The notes below the pieces were generated by a model. The model searched no databases, was not told the origin of the DNA, and was given only the letters and a program-made list of their open reading frames with translations. A program made the position numbers and the translations under genes. This document shows positions 62,832-64,000 of a stretch of DNA of 64,000 nt, piece by piece. The DNA is from an uncultured delta proteobacterium. Its GTDB lineage: Bacteria > Desulfobacterota > Desulfobacteria > Desulfobacterales > JAFDCJ01. The stretch covers positions 79,147-143,146 of the forward strand of contig CAVYNY010000019.1 in the NCBI GenBank assembly GCA_963769935.1. Reading direction: 5' to 3'. Numbering within the stretch: the stretch's first letter is position 1; each line of letters begins with the position of its first letter.

Positions 62832-63839
62832 GCAGATTCGCGGCAGCTGCTCCCCCGTCAGCATATCAACGATGCGGCTGCCGCCGATTCTGGTTTCCAG
62901 GATTACTTGGCCGGGGTGCGCTGCGACCACTTCTCCAATCACCGCGGCATCTTGGCCAAAAGGATTCGCTCTTATGGCTGCCAGGACCGCTTCGGTATCC
63001 TGCGGCGCAACGAATGCCAGCAATTTGCCTTCGTTGGCAAGATACAGCGGATCAAAACCCAACAGCTCGCAGGCGGCGACCACTTCTTTTCTCAGCGGTA
63101 TCCGCTCTTCGAAGATTTTTATGCCGACCTGCGATTTCTCGGCAATTTCGTTCAACGCCGTGCCTACGCCGCCCCGGGTGGGATCCCGCAGTACATGAAT
63201 ATTTCGGCTGGCGGAGAGCATTTGACTGACCATTTCGTTCAGCGGCGCCGTATCACTGGTGAGGCCGCTTTCAAATGTGAGCCCCTCACGCTGGGTCAGT
63301 ATGGTAATGCCGTGGTCGGCAATGGTGCCGCTCAAGACAACCAGATCACCGGCCCTGGCATGGTGGCTGGCGATGCGGACCGCCGGCGGTATCAAACCGA
63401 GGCCGGATGTATTGATAAAAATTTTATCCACCGCGCCCCTGGGCACAACCTTGGTATCGCCCGTGACGATGGTGATATGTGCGCTTTTGGCAGCCCTGCC
63501 CATTTCGCCGACAATGACTTCAAGATCCGCCACCGGAAACCCTTCTTCGATAATCAGACCAACGCTCAGGTACAAGGGCTCCGCTCCGCACATTGCAATG
63601 TCGTTAACCGTTCCGTTAATGGCCAGATCGCCGATGTTTCCCCCCGGAAAGAAAATGGGATCCACCGTATAGGAATCGGTTGAAAATGCCAGGCGCATTC
63701 CATTAAGCTCAAATATGGCGCCGTCATTCAACTCGGCGAGGATGGGATTATCAAAGACAGGCAGCAGCATGTCGGTAGTCAACCGATGAGAAATTTTACC
63801 GCCGCTGCCGTGGTCGAGAAGTATTTTGTCTGGTTTCAT
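62829..63839 (-). CDS. hypE: hydrogenase maturation protein HypE
   Basis: HGSGGK, FFPGGNIG, VTGDTKVV, RDPTRGG, ANEG, C-terminal PRIC. Confidence 0.97.
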   Translation of the reverse strand: MKPDKILLDHGSGGKISHRLTTDMLLPVFDNPILAELNDGAIFELNGMRLAFSTDSYTVDPIFFPGGNIGDLAINGTVNDIAMCGAEPLYLSVGLIIEEGFPVADLEVIVGEMGRAAKSAHITIVTGDTKVVPRGAVDKIFINTSGLGLIPPAVRIASHHARAGDLVVLSGTIADHGITILTQREGLTFESGLTSDTAPLNEMVSQMLSASRNIHVLRDPTRGGVGTALNEIAEKSQVGIKIFEERIPLRKEVVAACELLGFDPLYLANEGKLLAFVAPQDTEAVLAAIRANPFGQDAAVIGEVVAAHPGQVILETRIGGSRIVDMLTGEQLPRIC

Positions 63840-63842
63840 AAG

Positions 63843-63928
63843 CGTTTGGTTCGTTTCGATCGTTATCGTCGTTTGGATGGTTTAGTTCGTTGTGATCGTT
63901 TAGATGGTTTAGATCGTTAGGATCGTTA
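63843..63928. repeat. degenerate 9-nt tandem repeat (GTTTAGATC-like)
   Basis: CGTTTGGTT CGTTTCGAT ... GGTTTAGTT CGTTGTGAT CGTTTAGAT GGTTTAGAT CGTTAGGAT. Confidence 0.7.
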
Positions 63929-64000
63929 TATTATTGAATTCGTTCAGAGGTTCAAAGTCCACGGTTCCGGATTCATAGGATAAAATCTGTTTTAATTATT

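Overview
A chromosomal region of about 50% GC, most likely from a Desulfobacterales-type (Desulfobacterota) genome. This assignment is inferred from gene content and the porin type. About a dozen genes are split by 1-bp indels, which looks like long-read error. The window is dominated by cell-envelope glycosylation. It holds a minus-strand operon of COG4671/GT28-like and GT4 glycosyltransferases, two polysaccharide deacetylases and a histidine phosphatase. Embedded in that operon is a PKS-free GNAT-ACP-FkbH-MaoC/SDR cassette, a candidate glyceryl/lactyl-ACP route for acylating a glycan. There are also four TMTC-like GT-C+TPR proteins, four ArnT/PMT-like GT-C proteins, a DUF2304-GT2 polyprenol-P-sugar synthase, a UPF0104 flippase, and DedA/PAP2 carrier-recycling genes. 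Housekeeping genes include gatB, gatCA, mutL, a porin, cbiQO, rimO, a polyprenyl synthetase, apbE, hypE and tRNA-Val(GAC), plus a Phd/VapC toxin-antitoxin pair. Intergenic DNA is densely colonised by small repeats: a fixed-length 97-bp inverted-repeat element that supplies start/stop codons to neighbouring genes, a two-armed heptamer element with a nested insertion, REP-like pairs, and several 7-9-nt periodic tracts, some inside mutL. A structured, terminator-containing leader precedes cbiQO. No CRISPR array, prophage or transposase was seen.
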